DNA from: Marsupella aquatica
Taxonomy: Eukaryota > Plantae > Marchantiophyta
Direction: 5' to 3'
Assembly (NCBI GenBank): GCA_973895155.1
Contig: OZ316891.1
Span: forward strand, 14,291,037-14,355,036
DNA: 64,000 bases
The notes under the pieces are model-generated. The model saw nothing but the letters and a program-made list of their open reading frames with translations, ran no database searches and was not told where the DNA came from. Position 1 is the stretch's first letter. Each line of letters opens with the position of its first letter. Made by a program: the position numbers and the translations under genes. Shown here piece after piece: positions 51,517-64,000 of the stretch.

Positions 51517-51697
51517 AAAGAAAAGTTAATCTCAACTCGCATGAAGTTTGAGTTTGTCTTCTAGTGTGTGGGAAGAAAGGACAAAATGAATAAGAAACAG
51601 TAAGAGTGGAAAAGAAAAGTTAAATCTCAACTTGCACGAAGTTTGAGGCGTGTGGGAAGAAAGGAGAAAACGAATGCAAAATAGTAAGAGTGGAAAA
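51517..51697 (+). repeat. Two ~85-bp tandem repeats
   Basis: AAAGAAAAGTTAA..CTCAACT..GAAGTTTGAG..GTGTGGGAAGAAAGG..GTAAGAGTGGAAAA occurs twice. Confidence 0.8.
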
Positions 51698-54600
51698 TAT
51701 TTCAGGGATTAAAGTGTTCACCAGGGCATTAATAGCCCCTCAAACCTAACCTCAGATCTTTTTGGGGGACATTACAGCGCAATGCCTTGGAACAAGGGTC
51801 TTGTATACAGAGACCAGTTTGGGGAGACAAATTTGGCAGTATTTTCTTGGTGGGTGTCTCAAGGTTCTGGTGTGGAGCAGGTGGCATCCCCAAATCCTGC
51901 TACAAAAAAACAGAAGTGAGTAGAAGTGGGAGGGAAAACATCACAAGGTAGAGGCAGCTAATGTTTGGGCAGGATGTGGTTGTGTACCAGTGTATTTTTT
52001 AACGTTTTTACTTTTTTGCCGGTGGCGAATGTCCAGTGTGGAGGAGAAGATGCTCAAAATATTCCTAATCTGATTATTTTTCTGACCGTCAGATCTCCCT
52101 GTGATTAGGTGGAACAATGGCAGAATTGAGACAGAAAAATAATAGCAAATTTTGCCAAAAATGGCAAAAGCATTCTGGGGAGGTGAAATTTTGGGGAGGT
52201 GGAATTTGGCAAAATTTTTCCACTAAAAAAACGCTGTTGTGTACCCCCATGGCTAGTTTTTTTGAAAATTCCTGGTAGCCTTATCATCCCTTTTGGTCAC
52301 AAACAGAAGCAATGATGTTTTTAACAAGAAACAAACACAAATGTCTGTTTGATGCAAGACAAGTAAAAATAATACTCCCACGAATTGTAAAAAATTTAAA
52401 AACCTGAAAAGTTAAAACAGCAAACAATGGGGTAAAATAAAATAAATGATTTGACGTCTTGGTAGTGAAATATGAGCATTTTACATCAACTGCTTTGTTT
52501 TTTTTTGTGCAAGTTTCTGAAAAGGCCAACCATTACAAATTTAAAAGTTAGAACCACTTGGGCTCCATAGTGTCAAACAAAATAATCATAATCTCTTTAG
52601 TACTAGACCAACTGTCACACTATCATGTCCATCTAAAATCTAGAGAAATTCAAAAACTGATAATCTTCTTAGTACTCAATGAAATATTTGAATGTTAGGC
52701 TGATTGGAATGCTTTTTCTAAAATGTTTCTAAGAAGATTTCATTGAGCAATGAGTGAGAAATTCAGAATGATTTTTGTTGACAACATAGCTAGTCTTTGC
52801 TTAAGTGACTTCACCCTAGTCAACGAGGGAAGATACTATGGCCCTGAGATTGTCACATTGGAGAATGTGACGGTTCTCCTCACCCTTGGAGAAGGGCAAG
52901 AGAGGGGGGGAGCACCTACTATGAGGAGGAGAGCACGCTGGAAATAGGGAGGCAAAGGTGGAGTGGGACACCCAAGGAAGGCAGAACCTTGGCTTAGAGG
53001 GCCAATGGAGCTGATTGAATCTGTCCGAAGGTGATGGAAGCCATCTGACTCTTTAATGTGATAATCTCAGGGTGGTAAGATTTCTCGTTGCTAACAGGGT
53101 TAAGTAAGTAAAAAATGTGGCATTGTAATTACTAATCAAAAGTCATGTCAAATGATCATATTCCCATCATGTCTCCCAGTTGGGCAGTTTGATATATTTA
53201 AAACAATTTAAAATATTTTGTTTACTAAATATGTTCTAATTGACAATATATATGTCACCATTTAGTATATGAATGACAAGGTCCCCAAGGTAATTAATCC
53301 GTGGACCCCCATGTTCATCCAAGGAATGAGTTTGATAAATTGAAATCAATTTTCTACAAGGCGGTAACCGATGGTTTTGAGTCTCCCAGTGATCTTGGTG
53401 TATGCTCGTACCAAAGAGAATGCTCGAAAAGATAAAGGAGATCAATCTGGTTGAGATGATCTCTTTGGTTCATCAAACCAGAGGTCGAATGTGTCAGAAT
53501 TTTTTGGACGGTTTTTGCTCAAACATTGGAGAAATCGTGTTTCTATCATTCCTGATTGATTGTGAGTTACGTTGAGAATTATCGCCACAAGACAGACTGG
53601 AGAACATCACTCAACTGTTGGCTAAAGGGTGCTTGTCATTTTGGTGGGAAGAATGCACAAAACTGACAAGTCATCACTTCACATACAGGTTTTGTAATTT
53701 TTTTAATTTAAGAAAGCTATTGTGTGAGGGGGAGACCAACAATTGTTTCTTTGACACTGAGGCTACATTTGGCGTCAGCCTATGTTCAGAGTGAGCTTCG
53801 TTGAAGCCTAGAGGGACGCGAACAATTCAAGTCAGGAAGCAAACGTTGCGGGCAAGCAATGACAACGTAATCAAAGAAATCAATTTGCAGTGGCTAAGTT
53901 TGTGACAGTGACGGGATTGTGATGTCTCTTAATAGAGAAAAGGTTTCCAATGAGTCTCGGATTGACAATTTTTGTCAAGTTCCAAATGAGTTTTTGAATA
54001 TCTTTGTCTTTCCAATGAGTGTGACAATAAATTTTTTTGATCATGAGTTCATGAATTCTTTTAGCTTTTCAACATTAAGTCCAACATTGACAAATTTCAT
54101 GTCAAATTTTGTCACGGTATTAAAGAGATCATGAGATTTTCAATCTCTCTAGTTTTCTAATGTGTGACATTGGAAGTATTCGTCAAGAATTAAAGAGATC
54201 ATGAGTAGGTGAATTTCTCTAGCTTTCCAATGAACTTAACATTGATAGATTTTGTCAAGTATTAAGGAGATGATGAGTTTTTAATTTTGCTCTAGCTTAG
54301 TTTCCAATGAATGTGATTTTGAGAGATTTAAAAATAATTTAAAAATACAACCATTTTGATATAAAACACTGATATATCATTGACAATCATTTGAATGGTA
54401 ATTTTATTTTACCAAATGACATCTATTCCTTTCTATTCTATTTTTTTTATGTTCAATATTTACGGCATGGCGCCCCAAAAATTACACTTCTTTTGCCACA
54501 AACAGGAATGTGTCCTTTTGTTACTGTCATAATTAAGATCTTTCCTGTTTGTGGCTGGTTGTGTTGATGTGGCGCAACCTTGTGGCAGGGAATTTGCAAG

Positions 54601-56320
54601 AGACTTCTCATGGGGGTCCGTAACTAGGAGAGCCATATACAGAAATAGTGATATTTTTGTAAATAGAATAAAATCCATGACAACATTATTGTAAATTCAA
54701 ACATCTTTTGTAAACAGAATTAGTTCGTGGACCCCTTGGCTAATAAAATCAGGGGGAAGAGTCAATCTGAGCCGTCTCCATTTCTTATCTCCGGAAATCT
54801 CGTCCGTCCATCATAATGGCCAATCTATGGCTCAAAAGAAATATCTCAAATAGATCTATGGATGGGTTCTGTCCGTTTTTCAAATGGGTTAATATTTTTC
54901 AAATGAAAAATTAAACAAATCCAAGCCTTCCTAGCCGTATATTTTGTTAATTTTACGATCTTTGCCGTTCATGTTGTAATGCCTCTAGAAATCTTATTCA
55001 TCCATGTTAGAAGACGATCTAGGGTGCAAAAGATAGATCTCAATGAGATCTACGACTGGGTATTTTTTGTTTTGAGAATGAGTAAATAATTTTGAGTATA
55101 AAATTTCGATGAACGTTCAAGATTCCAGTGATTCCTCCTCCCCGATCTTGGGTTTCTATGTGCTCTTCTCAGCATTAATGGCCGTACAATACGAGAGGTC
55201 CTTACATACCGGGAGTTGCAGTTTAACAAGGAAGTTATCAAGTTAGTTATTAGTCATTATTTATTATATGAAAAATATTTTTTATAAATATTTGAATTTA
55301 AGTTTTAAAATTGGAAATGTAACTAAAACGATTACATAGTGATAGTTTTAACCATCTTGCTCTTTGCATTTCCAATGTTTTTATTTTTCTTTTCATGGCA
55401 TGGCGTCCCAAAATTTACACCCAAATTGACACAAACACGAATGAAAACTAGAAATTTGATTCACAAAACCAACGAGTCTTGTTTGTTGCGATTGTTGTTG
55501 ACGTGACACGCTGTGGTGTCAGGAATTTTGGAAGGGAACTCTAGTGGGGTCCATAATAAAAACCATGACAATATTCTAAATTCAAACATCTTCTGCCAAT
55601 ATAATTAGAAACTGATATTTAAAACCCTACTTTAAAGATAATGAATGGTTCGGATTTCTCGAACTCGCGGGAACGGCCACATGGGTATCCAGTGGGTAAA
55701 GGCACGAGTTAACGCAAAGCTAGTAAACGATAAACGGAGTCTTCTTGCTAATTGCGTCTTTTGCAGCTAAGCCTCGCTCGACCGCCATCGCGGAGCTTGC
55801 CTCTCCACAGAGCCCTGCTCCTCGCCACAGATCCGCAGTGGTGAGTGCAATCGTCAGTTTCTCTCGTTCATGCCACTTTTCTGCTTGAGATGGATTTGAC
55901 AATATTTTCATTCATCGAGTGATGTGCACTTCCTCCGATTTCACTTTCTCCGTTCACTTCTGATCAATCAGCAATGGCCCCCTCTAGCGAATGTGTGGAT
56001 CGGAGGTTTTGGTTTCCCTCGTTTCATTTTAATTAATTTCTCTTCGCGTAGAATTGTATTCGGTTCAAAGGCCAGGGCTTGGCTTTCTTAGAGGAAGAGT
56101 TATGGTAGTCTGTCTTGACATTGATTGATGCACTCCGAGGTGATGTCAGGCGAGCTCAATTCATCGCTGCAGGGGAGCCCCTATGTTCTCCTAATTTCAA
56201 TTTTATATTGGATTTTGGAAGAGATTGATAAGCCCTTATAAACCTAACAGGACTTTGTCATACTCCCCGCAGCCCGATCGGATGCGCAATCTGTAGAGCT
56301 CTCTCACGATATTTTCAGGC

Positions 56321-58899
56321 ATGGCGCACATTGTAGTCTTCCCTTCCTGCTCCAGTGTGGTCCGGCAGCACGTCACGGAAACCAGCAGAAATGTCACATT
56401 CAGCTCGTCGCCTTGGAGTGGAAATTGTAATCGTTACCGAAACGTAGCCCTTGGCTCATCTGGCCATTTCACGGGTGGGTACCTGGTCTGCTGGTATTAT
56501 AGTTAAATTCTCTGATCGCAAATTCAGTCTCAACAACTCTCAGAATTTTATTCGGTGATAACTTTCAGTTGAATTGTCCTGTTTGTGGCCAATCAAAGAC
56601 AATTTCGCTTTGCAGGACGAGGCTTGGAGGTTTTTACTTCTATTTCTCGCAGTCAGTCAATTGGTCTCCAACTGAGAGTGTCTGCAGAAGCTGGGCCGGA
56701 TGTCGAAGTCGTACGAGACGAGGTAGGGCGACCTTACCCATGCTCCTTGCTTTCGTTACAGTCTTGAAAAAATTGAAGGTCAGACCATTCGTTCGAGTGC
56801 CTACGATTCGAAATCAACCCTCTAAACGTTCCTAATCGACACTAGAAGGTTAAGAGATGTATGAAATCTAGGGTTTAGGGTTTAGCGTTCTGTCAGCAAA
56901 AGGAAGGATGGAGGAATGCTACAAATGATTTATATCATAGGAACCTGCTAGAACTGCATGCATATCGATACTTGAAGTTGAAGAGAAAAGTGGGTGAGAT
57001 TTTGGGGAGGGTTTAGCCCGCGTAGGGCATACATGAGCTGGTTTTCTCCGTTTCATTTCTGAAGAGGCATTAATTTTCTTTTTCGGGTAGGAATGGGAAA
57101 GGCTTATGCGAAAGCAGACTGCTGAGCGGGAGCGACAAAGGGAGGAGGACCGGGAAGCTGAACGATCGAAGGAAGCGGCATATAAGAGCATGACCAAAGA
57201 GCTGCAGAACTTCCCACAAGAAGAACTCAAAGAGGCGAGGAAGTTTGTGGCCAGCTTGATCAGAGCTGGAGAGAAAGTTGAGGAGGTACTGTAGTATTGT
57301 GAGATGAAGGTGCCTTACTTTGAACTGATACATATGGATCCGTCCTCTCATGGCCAGCTTCCCATTCCCGTATGACTCATGATGAATACCTGCTGGCGAC
57401 ATTTACTGCACAAAAGTGAAGAGAAAATCCATGAAATCTTGCATTTGTTGGAAAGTCTTGCTGCTTTCTGATTACAGTCAAGGTTTGCAAACAGACTTTT
57501 TATGAGTACCAACCAATTCGACAAGTCAGCTGCTCCCATGTCCTAAATCCTAACGGATTCTGGCGAGTTTTCTTGCAGATGATAGTGGAGGCAGCAGACA
57601 ATGGCGAGCTTACACCCCTGGTTTTGCTCGTAATTAAGAACCGTTTGGATCTGGCACGTCATGATGTAAGTCTTGTTTGTGTACTAAATTTTGGACTAAG
57701 AAGAAAGCTCACTTTCTCTGTCATTGATAAAGCTCAGCGTCGGAATATAGTTATCCATATAATGTACGCTTCGAAACATTCTTGCTGACTTTGTCTCTGG
57801 AAACCTTGGGGAATGCTTTGCGTTACTCTGCCCACATGGTAATCAACGTAGGCTTGTGTTTAAATAAAAGGACCACATTAACTGTAACCTTGATGCTACT
57901 TTACTTCTTCTGTGGGAATGTCAAGTACTTCTGAGATTTAAAATGACTATCAATTTGGTTTGTGGGACTTCGTCTGTTTTTCAGGATGAAAGAGATGCGG
58001 CTCAGGCCCTTGATCTGTTGTATCGCCGTGTTGAGGTACATGCCTTCTTTGTCAACAAAATGATTTTATGCCGATAGTATGCCGGAGCCTTTTCCCACCT
58101 GCTCTCGTTCAAACCTTTCACGGATATTGTTGGTGTTTAGTTCCCACGAATATTGCTAGGCGCTGTTGCCTTGATTATAGCTGTATTGCGATCCTCTATA
58201 TCCTGTTAACTTGCTACGTCCAGGCATTTCAAGCAAGTTATTCGATATTGTGCGATTATGATCAGTACCTCAAAGCTAATCGACTTGTTGGGGTAATAAG
58301 ACACTAGTTCCGATTTGAATGTATTGCAGACAGAAATGTTGTCTAGGCAAGCGTCACCTGCTATGCAGCTCTTGAATGAACTTTTACATCTCCATGATGG
58401 AATCAGTCGTGAAGAATGGTTGCGACGCTCGCGCCTGATCATGCAGCAAATCTTCCCCCCTGAGGATGCTTTCAGTATCCTGGGAGGCCCAGCCTTTGAT
58501 ATGAGCAACGTAAGTACTTTTGTTCCTTCCAGAGATAATGTTTGTAGAACAGTCGTCTGCATCAAAAGTCCAGTTCTTAAGTTCCTTTTGTTCTTGAAAT
58601 GTCCAGGACATCATTAATTGGATGATGTCAGTTACTCAATTCTGTCTTCTCACAATGATGCACTTGATTGGCAGCAACATGGTCCCATCGAGATGCCCGA
58701 AGAAGACGATAATATACTGCTGCGCATCGACTTTATTCGTGAGGTTGATGACTTCGTCTCAGAGTTGCAAGCTCAACCAAAGATAGAGCCTTTGCAAGGG
58801 TTTGATGCTCCTTCTGTTGCCATCCGCCTTCGTCAGGAAGAAAGAATTAGAGCCATAGAACAGGTCAAAGACTTACGAAACTTGGCTATCAAACTATAG
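56321..58899 (+). CDS. PAC: PALE CRESS chloroplast protein; exons 56321-56474, 56616-56721, 57091-57285, 57579-57665, 57985-58035, 58330-58509, 58675-58899
   Basis: EW..RKQT, FPQEELKEARKFVASLIRAGEKVEE, GELTPLVLLVI.NRLDLAR.DDE.DA..ALDLLYRRVE.E, ASPAM.LLN.LL, LLRIDFIREVD; transit-peptide-like N-terminus. Confidence 0.92.
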
Positions 58900-59609
58900 A
58901 GGTGGCTCCTGTGCATTGCTTTATCACTTCTGTTAATATACACATATATTCTCAGAAAGGCATTCAGTGTACATGAAGCATGACAATATCATTGATTTGT
59001 GTCCATGATGTGCGATTGGGAAAGATCTTCTGTGATGATGTTCTATTTGTCGCATCATGTCTGATGATGCCATTGCAGATGAAAGTTTAGTGGTCTTCTC
59101 TGAAGAGAGGAGAGTTTTAGCTCAACATCTTCCACAATTGTGAGGACATACCGGAATTGTTGATGGCCGCTTTTGCAGAATTTGAAGGCCTGACGAGAAC
59201 AAACACCAGATAAGTGGTTTTAGGGAACCAAGAGTTGTGATAGGCAGATTGCCATTGTGCCAAATTATACATCCTTTGATGTAGCAATGAAAGACAGTAG
59301 CCTTTGTAGCATGAGCTCTTGCTTGCAATAGCCTCCTCGCAGAAAATCTACCTTTCACCTAAGAGAAGATAGTGTTGCTAGTACTAGAATCCCACTCGCA
59401 GAAAATTAACCGGCTACAAACTGGTAGAGTTGGCCATCTCCACAAAAAGACACTAGACCTAAGGCCCCTGTATTCTTTACGAACGCAAAGGATGACACCC
59501 ACAAAAGACACTAGCTTTGGAGAATTAATGTCATGACGACAAGAATTCTCATCCTACCTCCCTATGTTATATCTTTGGCAGTGTCGTGATATATATAGGT
59601 GCTGACTAC

Positions 59610-59757
59610 CATACTTGAAAATCAGATCATACAATTCAAGAAAATAATTTATGCATTTTTGGCTGATCACTCTTTGTCCACAGAAATTTCATACTTGAAA
59701 TTTATATCACACAATTCAAGAAAGAATTTTATGCAATTTTGGCTGAATCACTCTTTT
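59610..59757 (+). repeat. Two ~79-bp tandem repeats
   Basis: CATACTTGAAA....ATCA.ACAATTCAAGAAA...TTTATGCA.TTTTGGCTGA.TCACTCTTT occurs twice. Confidence 0.8.
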
Positions 59758-61154
59758 TCCTCATAGTTTTTGCTACATTTGGCACAAATCATGAAAGTAT
59801 ACAACTGATAATAATGAATGTTTGAGTCTATTAATAAACTTAAAGTGTTTCTTAGCTTGGTAAATGTTATAGTCGTTGGAGCATTTCTGTCTACTCATGG
59901 TTATTTTCAAAATTGATCAGTCAAATAAAAAAATCATATTATTTACTGAAAACACTCATATCAATCACAATTTATTCAAAGGTTATCTTCTTGTACCCTT
60001 TTCTTTGTTTTCAAGTGTTACTATTTAGTTTTTCATTATGTTTATAGTTACACGGGTAGTTACAGGGCTGAACTATTTTTTTTTGCCTTGCCTCAAACAC
60101 AAATAATCACTTTTGGTTGTTCTTGCATAAAGAATTGCTCTTGTTTGTGAGAAATAGTGCTACTGCAGTTGTATGCGCTTCCAGGGATTTTGAAGGAGCT
60201 TCCCATGGGGGGCCGTCAAAAATTACAATCAATCAATCATTTGCTAACAAAGTGGACAGTGGACATGATGTGCAATGATCACAAGAAAAGATGCATTTCA
60301 TGTTTCTTAGATCAACAAATGACATCAAATGTTGATAATTAATGATGTGCTCTTTAGGCCTAGGTACTTTAAGTTAGCCAACTAAACATAGACTTTTCTA
60401 AACATCAAACCAATCAAATGAAAAAGATTGGAGGGAGTGAACCAAAAATAAAAAAACATGAGATAAGATTGGGGCCAAAAACAAGAAACAGGTGGAAGGT
60501 TGGGTGGGCAGGAGGGGAACAAATTGGGGTTGCAAGTTTAGGTTCAATAAGCATCATATACATAATTTTCTAAACATTTTCTACCACAAAAAAATTGGGA
60601 TTGCAAGCTTAGGTTCAATAAGCATTACCCCAAACAATGGCCCAACACGAAAAGACGATCAACGCGATTATTTTTAAACCACCACTCTTCCTTGTCGAGT
60701 TAGTTCTCTGGCTTGACTGTGAACTCATCTCGCTTTGTTGGGAATGTTTGGCTTGAAGTGCCACCAGATGACATCCAGGTACAGTTTGCATAATAAGGTA
60801 CAAAGGAGGTCTATGTAGCATCCTTGGTGAGTCAAAGGGTGGTGCTTGAGCCAGCTTGGAAAATGAGCTCCAACAACATTTGTGGGAGAACATGTAGTAG
60901 TTTACTCACAAGGGTAAAAGCAGGCTGGGATCCACAACTAATTAGCAATTGAGCCATATGGACCATGACTGAAGTAGTAAGAACACCCTTACTGGACAAC
61001 CTTTTTGAATGGGGTGTTGACCAAACCCAATACTTAAAGAGCAAAAAGTCATGTCCATTCACTCTGGTGTTCTTGAGTTTTCAGGCAATGGATTTTTACC
61101 AAACCCAATAGCTTAAATGCAAAAGTTATGTCCGACCCATTCACTAACAAAATG

Positions 61155-61450
61155 TAGTAACCTATGGTCTAATAAGGACTGCTTGCAGTAACCAAACCCA
61201 ATTACCTATGGTCTAATAAGGACTCCTTACACTAACCTTTGGAGATGGTGAAATAAGGACTTCTTCCACCAACCAAACCCAGTATCTTATGGTCTGATGA
61301 AGACTCCTCCACTAACTAAACCCAGCAACTTATGGTCTAATGAAGACTCGTGCCACAGAACCAAACCTACCGTAGTAACCTATGCTCTTGTAAGGACTCC
61401 TTTGCGCTAACCAAAGCCAGTTAACCTTTGGAGATGGTCTAGTAAGGACA
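61155..61450 (+). repeat. Degenerate ~40-45-bp minisatellite
   Basis: AACCAAACCCA..(A/T)ACCTATGGTCTAAT(A/G)A(G/A)GACT repeated about 6 times. Confidence 0.8.
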
Positions 61451-61541
61451 GTGGCGTACCCACCCAAGCCAAGCGGTACTGTCGAGTAGTCGATTGCCCG
61501 AAGAAGAATTTGTGGCCCAAATACTAGCTCTCATCTGCGTG

Positions 61542-61726
61542 GCTCTGTTTTGCTCTGTTCTGCTTTGCTTTGCTCTGTTCTGCTTTGCTTTGCTCTGCTC
61601 TGCTCTGTTCTGCTCTGCTTTGCTCTGCTCCTCGTCGCTGCAATTCATTCCTCAGGTCCGACCTTTTCAGAAGCATCCAGAAAATCTCGGTGACGGACAA
61701 GAAGACTGGTATGGTCATCTGTCATT

Positions 61727-61770
<44 letters not shown>
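61542..61770 (+). repeat. Pentamer (CT(C/T)TG/TTCTG) and (CA)/(GA) microsatellites in the APX 5' region
   Basis: Directly visible at 61542-61630 and 61726-61770. Confidence 0.9.
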
Positions 61771-61775
<5 letters not shown>

Positions 61776-61972
61776 AACATCGTCAGCAGTAGTGAAGTCT
61801 TCGGTGTTTCCTTGAAATTGGGTAATTGATTGCTTGCGTTTCTTCCCTGCGTCCCCCCAGGGTTGCTTTGCGCTGGAATTTGGTTACGTGTATGAAATGA
61901 TGTGACGGGTCTTTGGTTGTTCTTTTGAATTCACCAGAATAGAATTCAAGCGCAGGCGGAAGTCAAGGAAGG

Positions 61973-63948
61973 ATGCCGGCCCCCGTGGTAGATGCTGCGT
62001 ACAAGAAGAGCATCGAGAAGGCACGCCGCGAACTGCGTGCCTTCATTGCCGAGAATAACTGTGCTCCTCTGATGGTTCGGCTAGCGTAAGTTCTTTCTTG
62101 GAGCTGACCTCCTGACCTTTTCTGTTGCCACTCACTTGCCTACCATGACTGATCGCGCGGAAGTAATATCCTGTTCTTTCTTTCTGTCACTCCAGAGGTC
62201 TGTCTGTCTGTCCTTGATCTTCATCAAGGAAGTTAGCCATTAAGCCAGACTAGTGTTCTGAGCCAAGCCTCTCAGCGAGCGGCATTCAGGCCGGACAAGG
62301 CCCAAGTCATACGAGTCCAGCATTGGACTGGACTGGACTGGACTGAACTGGACTGGATGGACGGACTATCTCTGCTGCCTCTTTTCGTGTAGAGTGAAAT
62401 TGCGGAAGGGAGGAAGAATTGATGGATAATCGAGTGCCGCAGTCTCTTGCACAACCTTCTTGGACTGAAATTTTGCAGTAATCATGAAGTTGTCCGCAAA
62501 GTGGGGCAGACTGTTTGTTCCCCTCTCCTCGCCTAAATTCTGTCTCGTCTACAGAGACTGTCAAAGTGGACGATATCATGATCCTGACAATGCATACCTT
62601 TTTAACTGCCGTGAGAGTGAGCACCTAATGCCACAAGCGAAATTCTGTTTTCCGTTTCTCTTCCAATAAATTTTTCCCGACGACAGAAACTCTGCCTCGA
62701 CCCAGAATCTTTTCTGATCTTTCGAGTCTCACGCCAAGGGAATATATCTGAATCTATTGTCAAGGACAACTGGCTTGTTCTCGCTCTAGAGTTGGTCTTC
62801 TAACTGAACTAACCAACTACAGGCACTGATACATGCTCAGTGCCCGTCCGCACGAAATGTCTCCATTTGCGGAAAACGACCTTACTTGGAGTGGCTGAAG
62901 TTTCTTCACAAATGGAGAAGTGCTATCTCATAAGATAGAACTCCGTACAGATCAATATCTAGTAGTGTGTAATTGATCTGTAGCTCTTTTAGCATTTTTT
63001 TGCTGCTCCTAATGCTGTTGTTTGTTTGGAGATATGCAGGTGGCACGATGCGGGCACTTATGATGCCAATACAATGACTGGAGGAGCTAACGCGTCGATC
63101 CGCAGTGAGCGGGAGTACACACATGGAGCCAACGCTGGCGTAAAGAAAGCAATTGATTGGATGGGTGAGGATTGAGCATTCTGGCCATACTATCTACCAC
63201 CTTGATTCAAAAGGGAAAGGAGTGTAAGCGAGAACAAAATATCAGTCCATGCTGTTCACCTTGGTTTCTTTCTCTCACTCGCTTGAAAGTTCTTTTTATA
63301 CTCAACAAGCATAACAAGCTTTTGGACAACTACAGTGGTTAGCAAGATGTCAAGTCATAAGAACTTAATGAATTTTGAACATCTATATTCTTAATTGCAT
63401 TTGGCATTCTCATTACTTACTTTCTCAGTTGAACATCTATATTCTTAATTGCATTCGGCATTCTTATTACTTACTTTCTCAGTGGTCATCTTTTTTCAGA
63501 GGACTTCAAAGTCAAATACCCAAACGTGACTTACGCGGATCTTTACCAGGTTGGTACTTGTCATGCCTGTTTCCACAGAAGTTACAGTTAAGGCAGTGGC
63601 CATGCTTTTTGAATATCGTCCCGTGAAGAGGTGGTTTACATGCGTTGTAGTGTTTAACTGATTCTGTTTGGTGGTGATGATTGGAGTGGACGTTCTTAAT
63701 TCAGTTGAACCTTTTCATAGAACCAGTATCCCTAGATCTTTAAAGAATAGAGAACATTATATCCAAGACTGCGTTGACAGCCTCTGAAGAGCGGGTTATT
63801 TTGTGATGGAAATGGTTGAGTGGCTCTATGTGTGAACATTCCAAAGCATGTACAACAGTCGGTAATGTCAACTGGATTGCAGTTAGCTGGCGTGGTAGCG
63901 GTTGAGGTGACTGGAGGTCCTACGATTGAGTTCATTCCTGGCCGTAAG
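61973..63948 (+). CDS. APX: Ascorbate peroxidase (cytosolic/peroxisomal type), 5' part; exons 61973-62085, 63040-63164, 63500-63549, 63883-63948, continues beyond window
   Basis: [43 protein letters not shown]...[36 protein letters not shown]. Confidence 0.93.
63378..63484 (+). repeat. 54-bp tandem duplication in an APX intron
   Basis: TTGAACATCTATATTCTTAATTGCATT(T/C)GGCATTCT(C/T)ATTACTTACTTTCTCAGT occurs twice. Confidence 0.9.
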
Positions 63949-64000
63949 GTTTGTGGTGTCCTCTACTTCACTTCTCCTAGGAAAGCTGAAGTTTGGCCGG

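Noticed and set aside
51988-52275. Possible hAT-like MITE (CCAG...CTGG ends)
   Set aside because: TIR match is weak and no TSD is visible.
56941-56993. Possible extra PAC exon bounded by AG..GT
   Set aside because: It would shift the phase; direct splicing 56721 to 57091 already gives the conserved DEEW junction.
61439-61829. ORFs with repeated LCSAL/EQSRA and ERERER
   Set aside because: Translations of microsatellites.

Overview
Eukaryotic (land-plant, most likely bryophyte/liverwort-like) genomic DNA with spliceosomal introns. About 1-44 kb is a nest of transposons: the 3' end of a CACTA element, a Sola-type (DUF7869-like) DDE element, a MULE-like/SWIM element, a minus-strand Ty3/Gypsy-type retroelement encoding Gag-protease-C5 DNA methyltransferase (interrupted by a solo LTR), a 5.6-kb pogo element with MOR1 and Pol-lambda-like BRCT cargo, a Ty3-type element with a tRNA-Trp PBS and an apparent 5.8-kb LTR, MITEs and a Harbinger remnant. 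About 45-64 kb holds three host genes on the + strand: a CYP707A-like P450, PALE CRESS and the 5' part of an ascorbate peroxidase. The most interesting observations are (i) the retrotransposon-borne cytosine methyltransferase, whose frame is restored exactly when the solo LTR is removed; (ii) a small ORF family conserved at protein level inside the LTRs of two diverged elements, present as tandem paralogs in one; and (iii) a putative 5.8-kb LTR that itself carries a ~1070-codon antisense gene. All calls are by eye from motifs; no database searches were run.
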